Below, piece by piece: positions 1 through 9,273 of a DNA stretch of 35,941 nucleotides. The notes under the pieces were generated by a model. That model saw only the letters and a program-made list of their open reading frames with translations. It was not told where the DNA came from and ran no database searches. Each line of letters begins with the position of its first letter. Within the stretch, counting starts at the first letter, position 1. The stretch comes from a virus (lineage: Duplodnaviria; Caudoviricetes), in the IMG/VR virus record IMGVR_UViG_3300026016_000021, positions 1 to 35,941 of that record, one strand, 5' to 3'. A program made the position numbers and the translations under genes.

Positions 1-14
1 CCTCGGGCGATACC
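1..14. repeat. Terminal 14-bp direct repeat, left copy (putative cosN cohesive end)
   Basis: CCTCGGGCGATACC is identical to 35928-35941; when the ends are joined it is flanked by a CCGCG/CGCGG dyad and lies just upstream of terS. Confidence 0.75.
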
Positions 15-36
15 CACGCGGCGCAAAACGGCCAAT

Positions 37-45
37 AGATTCCTT
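37..45 (-). promoter_or_regulatory. Putative cosQ-like packaging termination site (AAGGAATCT)
   Basis: On the minus strand it lies 22 nt before the 14-bp end, about the same spacing as lambda GGGTCCT to its cohesive end. Confidence 0.45.
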
Positions 46-243
46 TGGGGAGGGGGTCGCCCCGGCGCCCCAAGGCCCCGCGCCGGCCCGTTCGAAGGCC
101 CGTTGAGCTTTACCGCAAAATAGCGGTCGAACGCGTCCTGAGCCGTTCTGGGGCCAAAGCGGGGCAATCAAAATCGCGGCTCTTTTTATCACTGCCAGAG
201 TGCCGCGAGCGTCAATGAACGAGGCCAAATTCCGGAGCCTCCC

Positions 244-249
244 TTGACT
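244..249 (+). promoter_or_regulatory. TTGACT box, candidate late-promoter element for the capsid operon
   Basis: 21 nt before GTG 265; the same motif recurs at similar spacing before seven other starts. Confidence 0.5.
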
Positions 250-264
250 GATCCCTGATCGGGC

Positions 265-801
265 GTGACGACATTTGCCGCGATCAAGGGGAAACTCGAA
301 GCACTCACCACCACGGTTGCCGAGCTGGCCAAGCGCGTCGGCTTGGGCTCATCGGACCAAGCCAAGACCGACCTGGCTAAGACCGAGAAGACCGAAGCCG
401 CCGACGCTGCCGCCGCCGAAGAAGCCACGGCAAGTTCGCTGGCCGCCAGTTTGGCGGTGATCGGCGACCGGGTCTCCCAAATCACCGAGAAGCTCGAGCA
501 GCAGACCCGCGATCTGGCCACGGCCAAGCAAACGATCGCCACACTCCAAAAGGATATGGAAGCCAAGGCCAAGGAGCTCGAGGACAAAGAAAAGAGCGTC
601 GCCGCCCGCGCCAAAACGATGGCCCAAGATCATTTGGCCTCCCTCGGTCTCAAGATGGAGGCCTCGCCCAAGGCGGCGGCTGACGGCTCGAACGGGCCGG
701 CCGCCGGCAGCGTCGAGGCGCTTTGGGCCGAATATCACCGCCTGCCGGCCAACAAACGCTCGGAGTTCTACCGGGCCAACAAGGCGCTCCAGCCGGTCTG
801 A
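265..801 (+). CDS. Capsid scaffolding protein
   Basis: Ala/Glu/Lys coiled coil with a short C-terminal helix (WAEYHRLPANKRSEFYRANK), directly upstream of the capsid gene. Confidence 0.7.
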   Translation: MTTFAAIKGKLEALTTTVAELAKRVGLGSSDQAKTDLAKTEKTEAADAAAAEEATASSLAASLAVIGDRVSQITEKLEQQTRDLATAKQTIATLQKDMEAKAKELEDKEKSVAARAKTMAQDHLASLGLKMEASPKAAADGSNGPAAGSVEALWAEYHRLPANKRSEFYRANKALQPV

Positions 802-832
802 CCGTCAGTAACCCCAACCCTCCCCCAAAGAT

Positions 833-1735
833 ATGCCCAATAGTTTAGGCGGAATTAACCTCGCGCAAATCGCCGAGGAAGGCCTGCGAGTCCTTTCCCC
901 GCGTCTGGCTCCGCTCCGGATGTTCACGCGGGACTTTTCGATGGACGTCAAGGAGAAGGGCGAAAGCGTGACCACGCGCATCGCCACTGACTTGGAAGCC
1001 GATGATGTTAGCGGCGGCTTCACCGCGTCCGATGCGACCAGCACGCCCTACCTCATCACGCTGGATCAGGAATTGGGTAAAGCCCATGCCTTCACGCAGG
1101 CCGAGATTTCTAAGGGCGGCATGGAGCTGATTCGCCGCACCTTCTTCAAATCGATGGGGAATGCGGTTGGCAAAGGCGTGACCAAAGCCCTGATCAATCT
1201 CGTCATCGAGGCCAATTTCGCCAATAAGACGGTCATCGCTTCCGCCGATTTCGACGCGGACGATTGCTCGGTGTTGGCTGAAGGGCTCGACACCCTCGAT
1301 GTGGACGATTCCGAGCGGTTCGGGCTGATCAAGCCCGCTTGGATGGGCGCCCTCTGCCGCGACAATGTCATCCAAGGCCAGAACACCTCCGGGAGCGACG
1401 AGGCCCTGCGCGAGAATCGAGTCCGCCGCGTCGCCGGCTTCGAGCTGATGCGCTATAACGGCTGGCCCACCACCGGCCAGACGACCGTCGAAGGCCTGAG
1501 CGGCTTTGTCGGCGCGCGCGAAGGCCTGCTCATCGCCGCGCGGCTGCCGGCGGTGCCCGATGAAGCGATGCAGGTCATGTATGCCCAAAACCTGGTGGAG
1601 CCCGAGAGCGGATTCCCCATTCAGTTCCAGGTCTTCTACGTTCCCAAAGAGCGCAAGTGGTATATGGCCATGGCCACCCTGTTCGGCGTGAAGGCCGGCC
1701 CAGGCAACAACATTTGGCGGATCACGACCGCCTAA
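833..1735 (+). CDS. Major capsid protein (HK97 fold)
   Basis: 300 aa; FTRDFS..GESVTTR, LDTLDV..ERFGLIKP, VAGFEL and LFGVKAG segments typical of coat proteins; position after scaffold. Confidence 0.85.
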   Translation: MPNSLGGINLAQIAEEGLRVLSPRLAPLRMFTRDFSMDVKEKGESVTTRIATDLEADDVSGGFTASDATSTPYLITLDQELGKAHAFTQAEISKGGMELIRRTFFKSMGNAVGKGVTKALINLVIEANFANKTVIASADFDADDCSVLAEGLDTLDVDDSERFGLIKPAWMGALCRDNVIQGQNTSGSDEALRENRVRRVAGFELMRYNGWPTTGQTTVEGLSGFVGAREGLLIAARLPAVPDEAMQVMYAQNLVEPESGFPIQFQVFYVPKERKWYMAMATLFGVKAGPGNNIWRITTA

Positions 1736-1770
1736 GCGATCGGGATTCCACCGGAAGCCACCGTCCCGAA

Positions 1771-2322
1771 ATGAACGAACCAATCAGCTTTGTCATCCGG
1801 CGCACCGCCAAAGGCGACATCACGACCGTCTATTGCGGCACCGACAATGTCGCGGCGGAAGAGGCCTACGACAAAGCGGTCGGCTCCCTCAAGGAGGGCG
1901 AGGGTCACGCGGCCATCTATAGGAATGCCAGGCCCACCAAACGACAATCGGCGCTGAAACGGAAGCCAATCAAGATCCACGATCACAGCGAGACCGATCG
2001 GAAGAAGCAACTGGCCGAACAGGCGGCCCGCCAGGCCGAAAGCTCCTCGGCAGCCGATAAGAATCCGATGGCCTGGCTCAAGGACGAACAGGCCAGTTCC
2101 GCCAAGAGGCAGCAAGCGCTCAAAGCAACCGAGCTCCAAAGCCGCCGGGCCCACTACAAGAAGGCCACATCTGGCGAAGGCGGCGCGGCTGATCCCATGG
2201 CCTGGCTTAAGGCCGAACAGGAAGATCACAAGAAGCGCGCGGAGGCCCGCAAAGCCAAGCCGACATCAGAATCCAAGCCCAAGAAATCGTCCGAGAAACC
2301 AGCCGACAAACCTGAGAAATGA
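1771..2322 (+). CDS. Hypothetical protein with duplicated PMAWLKxEQ motif and Lys-rich tail
   Basis: ATG 1771; stop overlaps the next ATG (ATGA). Confidence 0.7.
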   Translation: MNEPISFVIRRTAKGDITTVYCGTDNVAAEEAYDKAVGSLKEGEGHAAIYRNARPTKRQSALKRKPIKIHDHSETDRKKQLAEQAARQAESSSAADKNPMAWLKDEQASSAKRQQALKATELQSRRAHYKKATSGEGGAADPMAWLKAEQEDHKKRAEARKAKPTSESKPKKSSEKPADKPEK

Positions 2323-2966
2323 AAATCCATCGTCTCCTTTTTTTCCTTTGCGGAATTCTACTGTCAGCCTCGGCCGCCTCGGCCGCCACCGTGCCGGTCG
2401 CCCAAGGCAAATATTTCGCGGTGGGCGGCACCAGCGTCTCGACCAATGTCGCCTATGCGATCGCGCCGGGCGTCGGTGGCGTCGCGCGCATCGAGACCAT
2501 CATCGCCAAGGACGATTCCAGCGCCGGAACGCTCCGATTCTTCACGGCCGGGCCTCCCATCTACGTGACCAACAGCCTGGCGGCTGGGCTGTCCAACATT
2601 TTCCTCAATCCCGTCGGCACTGGCCTGACTAACGGCGATTCGCTTGTGATCCATAGCATCGCCAGCAATCTCTGGCAGCGCGTGCTGGTCGCGACCACCA
2701 ATTCAGCCGGCGTCCTCATTACCAATACGCTGAGCGCGGCGACGACGGCCTTCGCCTTGAGCCCCGGGGACACAGTCTATCGCATGAACCTGGCCGCCAG
2801 CGTGCTCATTGGCAACACCGCCACCACGCTCACCAGCGGCAATGGGGGCGCGGTTTGGTCCTCGCTCAACAACCGTCCAGCGCTGATTGAATTGGTGGCA
2901 CTCTCCGGCTCCACCACCAATCATGCATTGGCCATCAGCGGACTGATCGCTCGGGACGATCGGTAG
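2319..2966 (+). CDS. Signal-peptide protein, beta-rich, candidate head decoration protein
   Basis: MKIHRLLFFLCGILLSASAASA|ATV Sec-type leader; six TN dipeptides; last gene before a terminator in the capsid operon. Confidence 0.75.
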   Translation: MKIHRLLFFLCGILLSASAASAATVPVAQGKYFAVGGTSVSTNVAYAIAPGVGGVARIETIIAKDDSSAGTLRFFTAGPPIYVTNSLAAGLSNIFLNPVGTGLTNGDSLVIHSIASNLWQRVLVATTNSAGVLITNTLSAATTAFALSPGDTVYRMNLAASVLIGNTATTLTSGNGGAVWSSLNNRPALIELVALSGSTTNHALAISGLIARDDR

Positions 2967-2997
2967 CTTCCTCTTTAATCTCGTGATGCCTTGGATG

Positions 2998-3027
2998 GGC
3001 CCGGTCTTGGACCGGGCCTTTCCTTTT
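2998..3027 (+). terminator. Rho-independent terminator closing the capsid operon
   Basis: GGCCCGGTC-TTG-GACCGGGCC 9-bp stem followed by TTTCCTTTT. Confidence 0.75.
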
Positions 3028-3201
3028 GGACCGGCGACCGGCCGCCGGCGCCCGGCTTTGGGGATGCCGGCGCCGGCAAGAAGAAGGCCCGGCCACTCGC
3101 CGGCCCCTGCGCGGGGTGACTCCGGATCATTCGGCCGGGCCCGGCCGGAGCAGTTGGGCCCCAAGCAGGCCTCTCCGACCTAGACTCTGGAGCCTGGAGG
3201 T

Positions 3202-3693
3202 ATGACTACCAAGCAATTGAGCGCACTCATCGACGCCGGAGTGAAGCTCGACCAGGAAATCAAAGAGCGTCAGGATAAATTCGCCGTCCTCAAGGATCAG
3301 ATCCGAGCCTGCGCGGAGGCCGAATTGATCGAAGCGGGAACCGCCAAGCGGCCCGAGGAACTCAAAGGCCAGAATTGGTCCGCTCAAGGATCGGAGGGCA
3401 ACTGGGTCGATGTCTCCTGGCCCGAGGACAAGCTCATCAGCAGTTTTTTCTTTCGCGCCGATGGCGCGGCATTCCGCGCGAAGGATCGCGAGGTCATTCC
3501 GCTCGACGATATTCGCAAGCTCTCCGGAAATCATTTCGAGAAGCTCTTCGCCAAACAGTTCCGCCCAGCCAAGGCGTTCCGCGAATTGGCCGCCGTTCTC
3601 TTGGGCGACAAGGCGGGCGGCGCCTTGATCGCGGCGGTTTCCGAACCCAACTCCCCGCGCGTGGCGTTCAAGCTGAAATCTCCGGGATCGTGA
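3202..3693 (+). CDS. Hypothetical protein with N-terminal coiled coil
   Basis: GGAGG before ATG; GTGA overlap with the next gene. Confidence 0.75.
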   Translation: MTTKQLSALIDAGVKLDQEIKERQDKFAVLKDQIRACAEAELIEAGTAKRPEELKGQNWSAQGSEGNWVDVSWPEDKLISSFFFRADGAAFRAKDREVIPLDDIRKLSGNHFEKLFAKQFRPAKAFRELAAVLLGDKAGGALIAAVSEPNSPRVAFKLKSPGS

Positions 3694-4061
3694 TCAGGCG
3701 CAATCGCATCATGGCCGATCTCCAATTCATCGAGGCGGAGCTCGGGGGGCAGACCTTCATTTGGAAGGATCAGGAGTTCCCCTGCTCCCCCTCCTCGGCC
3801 GATGAGGGGGAGAGCATCGAGATCGGCGGTCGTTTGGTCCCCATCGACCTCAAGCTGATCGTCCGCTTGGAAACCTTTTTGGGCGAGATTCCGGATTTCG
3901 AGGTGAAAGAGGAGGAACTCAACGATCCCGATCTGCAGCGCCCGATCGCCGGCCAACATCTAGTGTTCCGAGGCGTCGAGCGGGAGATCGCCAGCGCCAA
4001 GCTTGGACCCTCCAGGGCGCACGTGGTTCTGGCCCTCACCGATCCCAATAACGCGCGATGA
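3690..4061 (+). CDS. Head-tail joining/head closure protein (gpFII-like)
   Basis: Small acidic beta-rich protein (RPIAGQHLVFRGVEREI); position; alternative start ATG 3711. Confidence 0.55.
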   Translation: MIRRNRIMADLQFIEAELGGQTFIWKDQEFPCSPSSADEGESIEIGGRLVPIDLKLIVRLETFLGEIPDFEVKEEELNDPDLQRPIAGQHLVFRGVEREIASAKLGPSRAHVVLALTDPNNAR

Positions 4062-4786
4062 AATCTCAACGTCTCACCACCCTGATCCTCCTGACGCTGC
4101 TACTCCCCGGCCGCGCCGCCGATGTCGTCATTAATTTTGGGGACTTTCAGCTCTCGACCAACGACCTGGCAGGCGCGAGCGTCAACGTCATCCCCACATC
4201 CACACCGAGCATTGCCAATGGGAAATTCGTCACGAGCGACCGCCGGAAGTTCGCCTGCGACGGCGCCGCCTCGCTGACTCTCTCCAACATTGTCTATGGG
4301 AGCTATACGATCCAAATCGAGGGGCCCTGGACGAAGACGGCCTTTGGCATCGTTGTTCCTGATACCAATATCACGCTCAACGCCACCTCGATTGTCTCCA
4401 GCGCGACCATCGTGCCAGGATCGACCGTCGCTTACACCCAAGTTGCCTCTGACGCGCGTTACGTTCCACTGACCAACGCTTGGTTCCTGTTCCGAACCGT
4501 CAGCGTCGAGGGCTCCCGCGATGTCGCGCTCAATGACCAGGTCAGCTTCATCGAGACCGATTCGGAGAACATCACCAACCGCCTCCCATCGGCGGTGGGC
4601 ATCGCCGGCAAAGTCTTCTGGTTCGTCGACAAGCACGGCCAGGCCTCCGTCAACCCCTTCCGGATCAAGGCCGATGGCATCGAGACCATCAATGGCGTCA
4701 ACGAGATCGCGATCAGCGACGATTACGCTTCGGTCGCGGTGATCAGCACCGGCTTGGCCTGGCGGATTCTGACCCAAGTCCCCTGA
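4058..4786 (+). CDS. Signal-peptide protein with C-terminal fibre/baseplate-type domain
   Basis: MKSQRLTTLILLTLLLPGRA|ADV leader; C-terminal LPSA..GKVFWFVD..G.A..N...ETING...W pattern resembles T4 gp9/gp10-like domains. Confidence 0.7.
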   Translation: MKSQRLTTLILLTLLLPGRAADVVINFGDFQLSTNDLAGASVNVIPTSTPSIANGKFVTSDRRKFACDGAASLTLSNIVYGSYTIQIEGPWTKTAFGIVVPDTNITLNATSIVSSATIVPGSTVAYTQVASDARYVPLTNAWFLFRTVSVEGSRDVALNDQVSFIETDSENITNRLPSAVGIAGKVFWFVDKHGQASVNPFRIKADGIETINGVNEIAISDDYASVAVISTGLAWRILTQVP

Positions 4787-4787
4787 T

Positions 4788-5414
4788 ATGGAACTCCATT
4801 TCGAATTGGATATGCGGGAGTTCAATCGCGCCATCGAAGAATATCTGGACGCGACCAAAAAGGACCTCGCTTACGTCTGCAACCGCCAGGCCGTCAATGT
4901 CGCCATCAAGGCCAAGCAGAACACGCCCTTGGCCGATCCCGATGCGATCGAGGCGGTCGGCCGGCGGGCCTGGTGGCCGAAATATATCTCCAAGCGGCTG
5001 GGCAAAACCTCCAAAGCCGGAAAGCGCAAAGCCAAAGGGCGAACGGGTTTTACCCGGGCAATGGCTCGACGAGCATCCCGGTCCTACCTCGCCTCGAGGA
5101 AGCGCCGGCGCGGCTTCATTGCCGCCGGCTGGAAGCGGGCCATCGCCATTCTCGCCGCCCACAAAGAGGCACTCAAAACTGGATTGCCGCTCATCGCCGA
5201 AGGACGGGCCGGCCGGATCTACGATCCGCCAGGCGATGCCATTCCCGCGATCCCCGGAGAAGTCGTCTTTGCTGAGATCATCAATCGGGCCAAGGCGGCC
5301 CGGCCGGTGGCGGGCATCGCATTGCAGCAGGGTATCTACGATGCCGGGGAGGACATGTTGACCTATATCCGGGAGCAGATGCAGCCAACCGCCGACCTCT
5401 ATAACGCCAAGTGA
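4788..5414 (+). CDS. Neck/tail completion protein (HK97 gp10-like), basic
   Basis: Arg/Lys-rich, GFIAAGW motif, position before tail terminator. Confidence 0.55.
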   Translation: MELHFELDMREFNRAIEEYLDATKKDLAYVCNRQAVNVAIKAKQNTPLADPDAIEAVGRRAWWPKYISKRLGKTSKAGKRKAKGRTGFTRAMARRASRSYLASRKRRRGFIAAGWKRAIAILAAHKEALKTGLPLIAEGRAGRIYDPPGDAIPAIPGEVVFAEIINRAKAARPVAGIALQQGIYDAGEDMLTYIREQMQPTADLYNAK

Positions 5415-5415
5415 A

Positions 5416-5604
5416 ATGAGCTCCAAAGAGCCACGGAATCCATTCGCCCTGAAGATCGTGCCGGCAACGCCGCCGGCGGGGAAGGTGCGGGTGCGGCTGA
5501 CCGCTGGCGGTGCCCATGGGGCGGCCGGCAAGGATGAGCTCGTCGACGTGGATCCAAACATGGCCAAACACCTCATCGCCAGCAAACTAGCCGTGCCAGC
5601 ATGA
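5416..5604 (+). CDS. Small hypothetical virion protein
   Basis: Tightly packed, ATGA overlap; VDVD..AKHLIASKLA pattern. Confidence 0.6.
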   Translation: MSSKEPRNPFALKIVPATPPAGKVRVRLTAGGAHGAAGKDELVDVDPNMAKHLIASKLAVPA

Positions 5605-6080
5605 GCAGCCTGGCCCAAAAGCTCGAGCAGGCCGTCATTGCCGTCCTCCAGGCCGATCCGGATGTCGCTGCGCTCGGCCGGAACATCTATCCGGCCCAAA
5701 GGAATGCCCAGCTTGTGCTCGATGCGATCATTGTGGCCGCGGATGAAAAGAGCGGACGGGAGGAACCGATCGGGCTCGGGAACTGGCACAAGCCCGTCTC
5801 CGTCGAGGTGCGCACCTCAAGCAGCCGCGCCGATCCCGCCGACCCCAACGAGGATCGGGGGCCGGTCCACGACGCCGCGGCCGAGGCGGTTGAGAAGGCC
5901 CTCTCCTCGACCAGCCTGGCCGCCGACCTCTCCGCCGCGGTCGCGGATTTCACGGCCTATGATCCGGTCTATGGGCGGACCAACGGCGGCCGGGCCGCCA
6001 GCGATCGCCAATTCCGGACCCGGTTCGAATTCATGGTCTTTTGCTGCGCGACGGACCTCTCATCACCACCTCCGCCATGA
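5601..6080 (+). CDS. Tail terminator-like protein
   Basis: LEQAVIAVLQADP..NIYP N-terminus; position before tail tube. Confidence 0.6.
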   Translation: MSSLAQKLEQAVIAVLQADPDVAALGRNIYPAQRNAQLVLDAIIVAADEKSGREEPIGLGNWHKPVSVEVRTSSSRADPADPNEDRGPVHDAAAEAVEKALSSTSLAADLSAAVADFTAYDPVYGRTNGGRAASDRQFRTRFEFMVFCCATDLSSPPPP

Positions 6081-6098
6081 CTCCAATCCGGAGAGGGT

Positions 6099-6542
6099 AT
6101 GGCAAGCGCGCAAAACGGCATCGCGGTGGTCTTTGGGTTCTCGGGCTTCGGCGTCCCTAGCGACGTTGCGATCAGCGGCGTGGGCAGCCTCTACCCGAAA
6201 AATTTCCGGTTCAATGACGAGTTCAAGTTGGACATGGTGCGCGATGGGGACAACGAGGTGACCACGCTCATTGCCTCCGGCAAGCTCTATCATGCCAGGC
6301 TCGAGTTCACCCCCCGCGCGGCGATCGGCACGAACACGATCGCCAATGCCAGGACCTCCCTTGCGCCGCCCAGCCCGTTGGCCGCTGTCGTTCTGGCCAA
6401 TTTCCCCTGGGTAACCGCCAACACTCTCAAATGGGCCTACACCGGGGGCTGGGGGATCGCTTTCGTCAATGATGGCGTCGCCACCTACGAGCTCAACATC
6501 ACCGCGCACGCCACCAACGATCTCTCCGCGCCGGTGACCTAG
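6099..6542 (+). CDS. Tail tube (major tail) protein
   Basis: 147 aa, beta-rich; position upstream of chaperone and tape measure; no sheath gene found. Confidence 0.6.
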   Translation: MASAQNGIAVVFGFSGFGVPSDVAISGVGSLYPKNFRFNDEFKLDMVRDGDNEVTTLIASGKLYHARLEFTPRAAIGTNTIANARTSLAPPSPLAAVVLANFPWVTANTLKWAYTGGWGIAFVNDGVATYELNITAHATNDLSAPVT

Positions 6543-6545
6543 CGC

Positions 6546-7250
6546 ATGGATGCCCTCCGGGAATACCTGGCGGCGGCCTTCCCGCCGCCGGCAGTGGTCC
6601 TGGGCCAGCAGCTCCAGCCCTTCAGCCTCGGCCATTACCTCCGCCTCCTTTCCACCGACAATTGGTTCAGCGGCCAATCAAAATCCTCCGAACCGGATCT
6701 GGGCGATCTGGTCCAAGCCGTCTGGATCTGTTGCCAGACCTGGGAGGAATGCGAGGCCGGTTGCGCGGACCCCAAACTGCCCGAGAAGCTCAAGATCTGG
6801 GGCCGAAGCATCCTCGGCGGGCGCCGGTGGTGGTCGCGCCGCCGCGGGTTCAACTTCTTCGCGGAGGCCGAGAAGTTGATCCGCTATATCCAGGCTGGGT
6901 CGACCTGCCCCAAGCTGACGGAGCCCAAGGGTGGGGAGACTGTTGGTGCGCCCTTCATCCAGCGCGTCCTCCTCCTCCTGCAGGCCGAGCTCGGCCACAG
7001 CCGCTTGGAGGCGCTGGACAAGCCCTGGGGCCTGGCCAAATGGGATTATTGGGCTTATTGGGAGGGCGAGGGCGCCTTGAGGATTCTGGATGCTGAGACC
7101 AATCCCCATCTGCAGATGATCGAGGAGATGGACCGGGCCATCGAACGAATCGTCGCGCGTGGGGAGACCATCAGCGTCGAGAAGCTCAGCGCGGAAATGT
7201 ATCCGAAAGGAGAAGAAGACAATGGCCTTCGACCTGAGAGCAAGAATTAG
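6546..7250 (+). CDS. Tail assembly chaperone-like protein
   Basis: Lies between tube and tape measure; LQPFSLGH motif. Confidence 0.5.
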   Translation: MDALREYLAAAFPPPAVVLGQQLQPFSLGHYLRLLSTDNWFSGQSKSSEPDLGDLVQAVWICCQTWEECEAGCADPKLPEKLKIWGRSILGGRRWWSRRRGFNFFAEAEKLIRYIQAGSTCPKLTEPKGGETVGAPFIQRVLLLLQAELGHSRLEALDKPWGLAKWDYWAYWEGEGALRILDAETNPHLQMIEEMDRAIERIVARGETISVEKLSAEMYPKGEEDNGLRPESKN

Positions 7251-8535
7251 CCTCGATTCCACTCAGTTCACTTATGGGATGAACGCCACGCGCGCCCAAG
7301 CGGCCGCTTGGGGACGCGAGATCGAGAAGGTTAACAAGCAGGCGTCGGAGAGGTCCCAACTGGCTTGGGGCAGCGCGTTCGCGGGAATTAGTGCCGCCGC
7401 CGGATTAGCTCTTCATCAGATTCAGAGCGCCATTAAGGAAGCCGGGGATACGGCGGACATGGCCAACAAAATTGGAGTCTCGACGGATTTCCTCCAGAAA
7501 TGGGGTTATGCGGCAAAGCAGAGCGGCGCCAATGTTGAGAACATCATCAAGGCCGTGCAGAACTTAGCCGTGGCGATGGAGGAGGCAAAGGCCGGCACGG
7601 CTGAATATGTGGCCGCTTTCGAAGCTATCGGCATCAGCGTTGACGAGCTGAAGGGAAAGAATGTTGAGCAGGTCTTCGATGAGATCTCGAAAGCGATGGC
7701 TGCACACAAAGTCGATCCGGCGATGATCGCGGACATGCAGAAGCTTTTCGGCAAATCCGGCAAGGACCTCATCCCTACTCTGCGCGATCGCCCAACGGTT
7801 GAGGAAGGAGCTCGGCTGAGCAACAACGAGGATGTAATTGGTATCCTTAAGGCCGCCTCAGATCAGGAGACAAAGCTCGGGCAAATATTTCGGAAGCTAC
7901 GCGGCGAAGCTGTCGCCGGCCTTTTGAGGGCCAATCCGATAACGGGAAGTCTCCTATTGAGCGGGGCCGCCGAGGCCAAACGAAGACGCGAGCGGGACAA
8001 GGATCTGCCCGCAATCGAAAGCCAAGCCCTTCAGACCGAAATCGAGAAGCGGAAGAAAGAGGAGGAGAAGCGCCAGATGGAGGAGCTGGCCAAAACACGA
8101 GAGAAACTGACTGAACAGATGGCTAAGGAAAAGGACAGCATCCGCGACCTCAATTATCAGCATGCCGATAGCGCTGGAAAGATCGCCCTGTTAAAGAAGG
8201 AGATCGCCGACCTGCTCGATCAGGCTCGCAAGCTTGGGTTCGGGGATCCATCGAAGGAGCTGGAGGCCTCCAAGCTGCGAGAGCAAGCCAATAGAAAGCA
8301 GATCGAGATTGACCAGCTCGAGGAAAAGCAATTTCAGGAGAAGGGGCATCGGCTGAACCTACTGAAGAGCGCCATCAATTCCGATCCGCTCACCTCGATC
8401 GGTAACTTCCTCGGCAGCGATCCCGCGCGGAGCAATGACAAGCTGACGAGCATGTCGAGCGACATCCAAGCGATCCGCCGGCTGATCGAGCGGGTGGGAT
8501 CCTCGCCTTCCTCCTTCGAGCTTTTTCCTTTCTAG
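7222..8535 (+). CDS. Tape measure protein (short, about 437 aa)
   Basis: DLRARISLDSTQF start; DMANKIGVSTDFLQKWGYAAKQSG and KLFGKSGKDLIP tape-measure motifs; helical. Confidence 0.85.
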   Translation: MAFDLRARISLDSTQFTYGMNATRAQAAAWGREIEKVNKQASERSQLAWGSAFAGISAAAGLALHQIQSAIKEAGDTADMANKIGVSTDFLQKWGYAAKQSGANVENIIKAVQNLAVAMEEAKAGTAEYVAAFEAIGISVDELKGKNVEQVFDEISKAMAAHKVDPAMIADMQKLFGKSGKDLIPTLRDRPTVEEGARLSNNEDVIGILKAASDQETKLGQIFRKLRGEAVAGLLRANPITGSLLLSGAAEAKRRRERDKDLPAIESQALQTEIEKRKKEEEKRQMEELAKTREKLTEQMAKEKDSIRDLNYQHADSAGKIALLKKEIADLLDQARKLGFGDPSKELEASKLREQANRKQIEIDQLEEKQFQEKGHRLNLLKSAINSDPLTSIGNFLGSDPARSNDKLTSMSSDIQAIRRLIERVGSSPSSFELFPF

Positions 8536-8538
8536 ATC

Positions 8539-9273
8539 ATGGCCAGCAAAGCCACAGGCTCGAACAATATCACGCTGCGGGTCGCCCGCGGCGGTAAACG
8601 GAATCTGGGCGGGTTCTACCGTGAGGAGGTCTATGAGGGGACGCGCCAATCGGTGGAGACCGCCTATGGCTTCTTCGTCGGGATCGGCGCCGCCGATGTG
8701 TTCATTGAGCATGACGGCCCGCTTTGGCGGCTGATCGTCCGCCGCGAGGACCAATCGCCGGCGGGATTCCCGGTGCAGACCGGCACGCGCCTGCAGAATC
8801 AGCGGGTGCAAAAGAGCATCTTCGAGCCTCCCGGGCCCAACAACATTTCCGACCAGGAACTTCGGGACATCCAGAAGTTCATCGACAACCCTGACAGCGA
8901 CATCCTGCCGGAGGATTTTCTCAGCGACGATGCCTATTACCTCTACAGCTTGGCTCTGCGCGGTGTGACCAGCCGGCCCGTCGAGCAGCCCTGGTTGATC
9001 AAGACCGTCACCCAACTCAACACCAGGTCATTCCTTTTAAGCTTCACGAACGTTGGAAGAATCTTCTCGACGGCCAGCGTCATTGCCGACGCCGGCGTGG
9101 CAAACGTCCTGCGATTCGGATTGCCAGCGGACGTCAGTAACCGGATCGGCTTCGAATTCGGCTGGCTCAAGCATGGGGCGGAAGTGGAACCGGGGCCCGG
9201 CAACCTGCATGTCGCTACCCAATCCTACGAATACGGCTTTTGGTCCACCTTCCTCTTTGGAGATCTGTTATGA
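8539..9273 (+). CDS. Tail tip/distal tail protein
   Basis: Directly follows the tape measure gene; function inferred from position only. Confidence 0.5.
   Translation: MASKATGSNNITLRVARGGKRNLGGFYREEVYEGTRQSVETAYGFFVGIGAADVFIEHDGPLWRLIVRREDQSPAGFPVQTGTRLQNQRVQKSIFEPPGPNNISDQELRDIQKFIDNPDSDILPEDFLSDDAYYLYSLALRGVTSRPVEQPWLIKTVTQLNTRSFLLSFTNVGRIFSTASVIADAGVANVLRFGLPADVSNRIGFEFGWLKHGAEVEPGPGNLHVATQSYEYGFWSTFLFGDLL

Noticed and set aside
6546-7250. Tail chaperone -1 frameshift (lambda G/GT type)
   Set aside because: A single ORF spans tube to tape measure; no convincing slippery heptamer with a second frame
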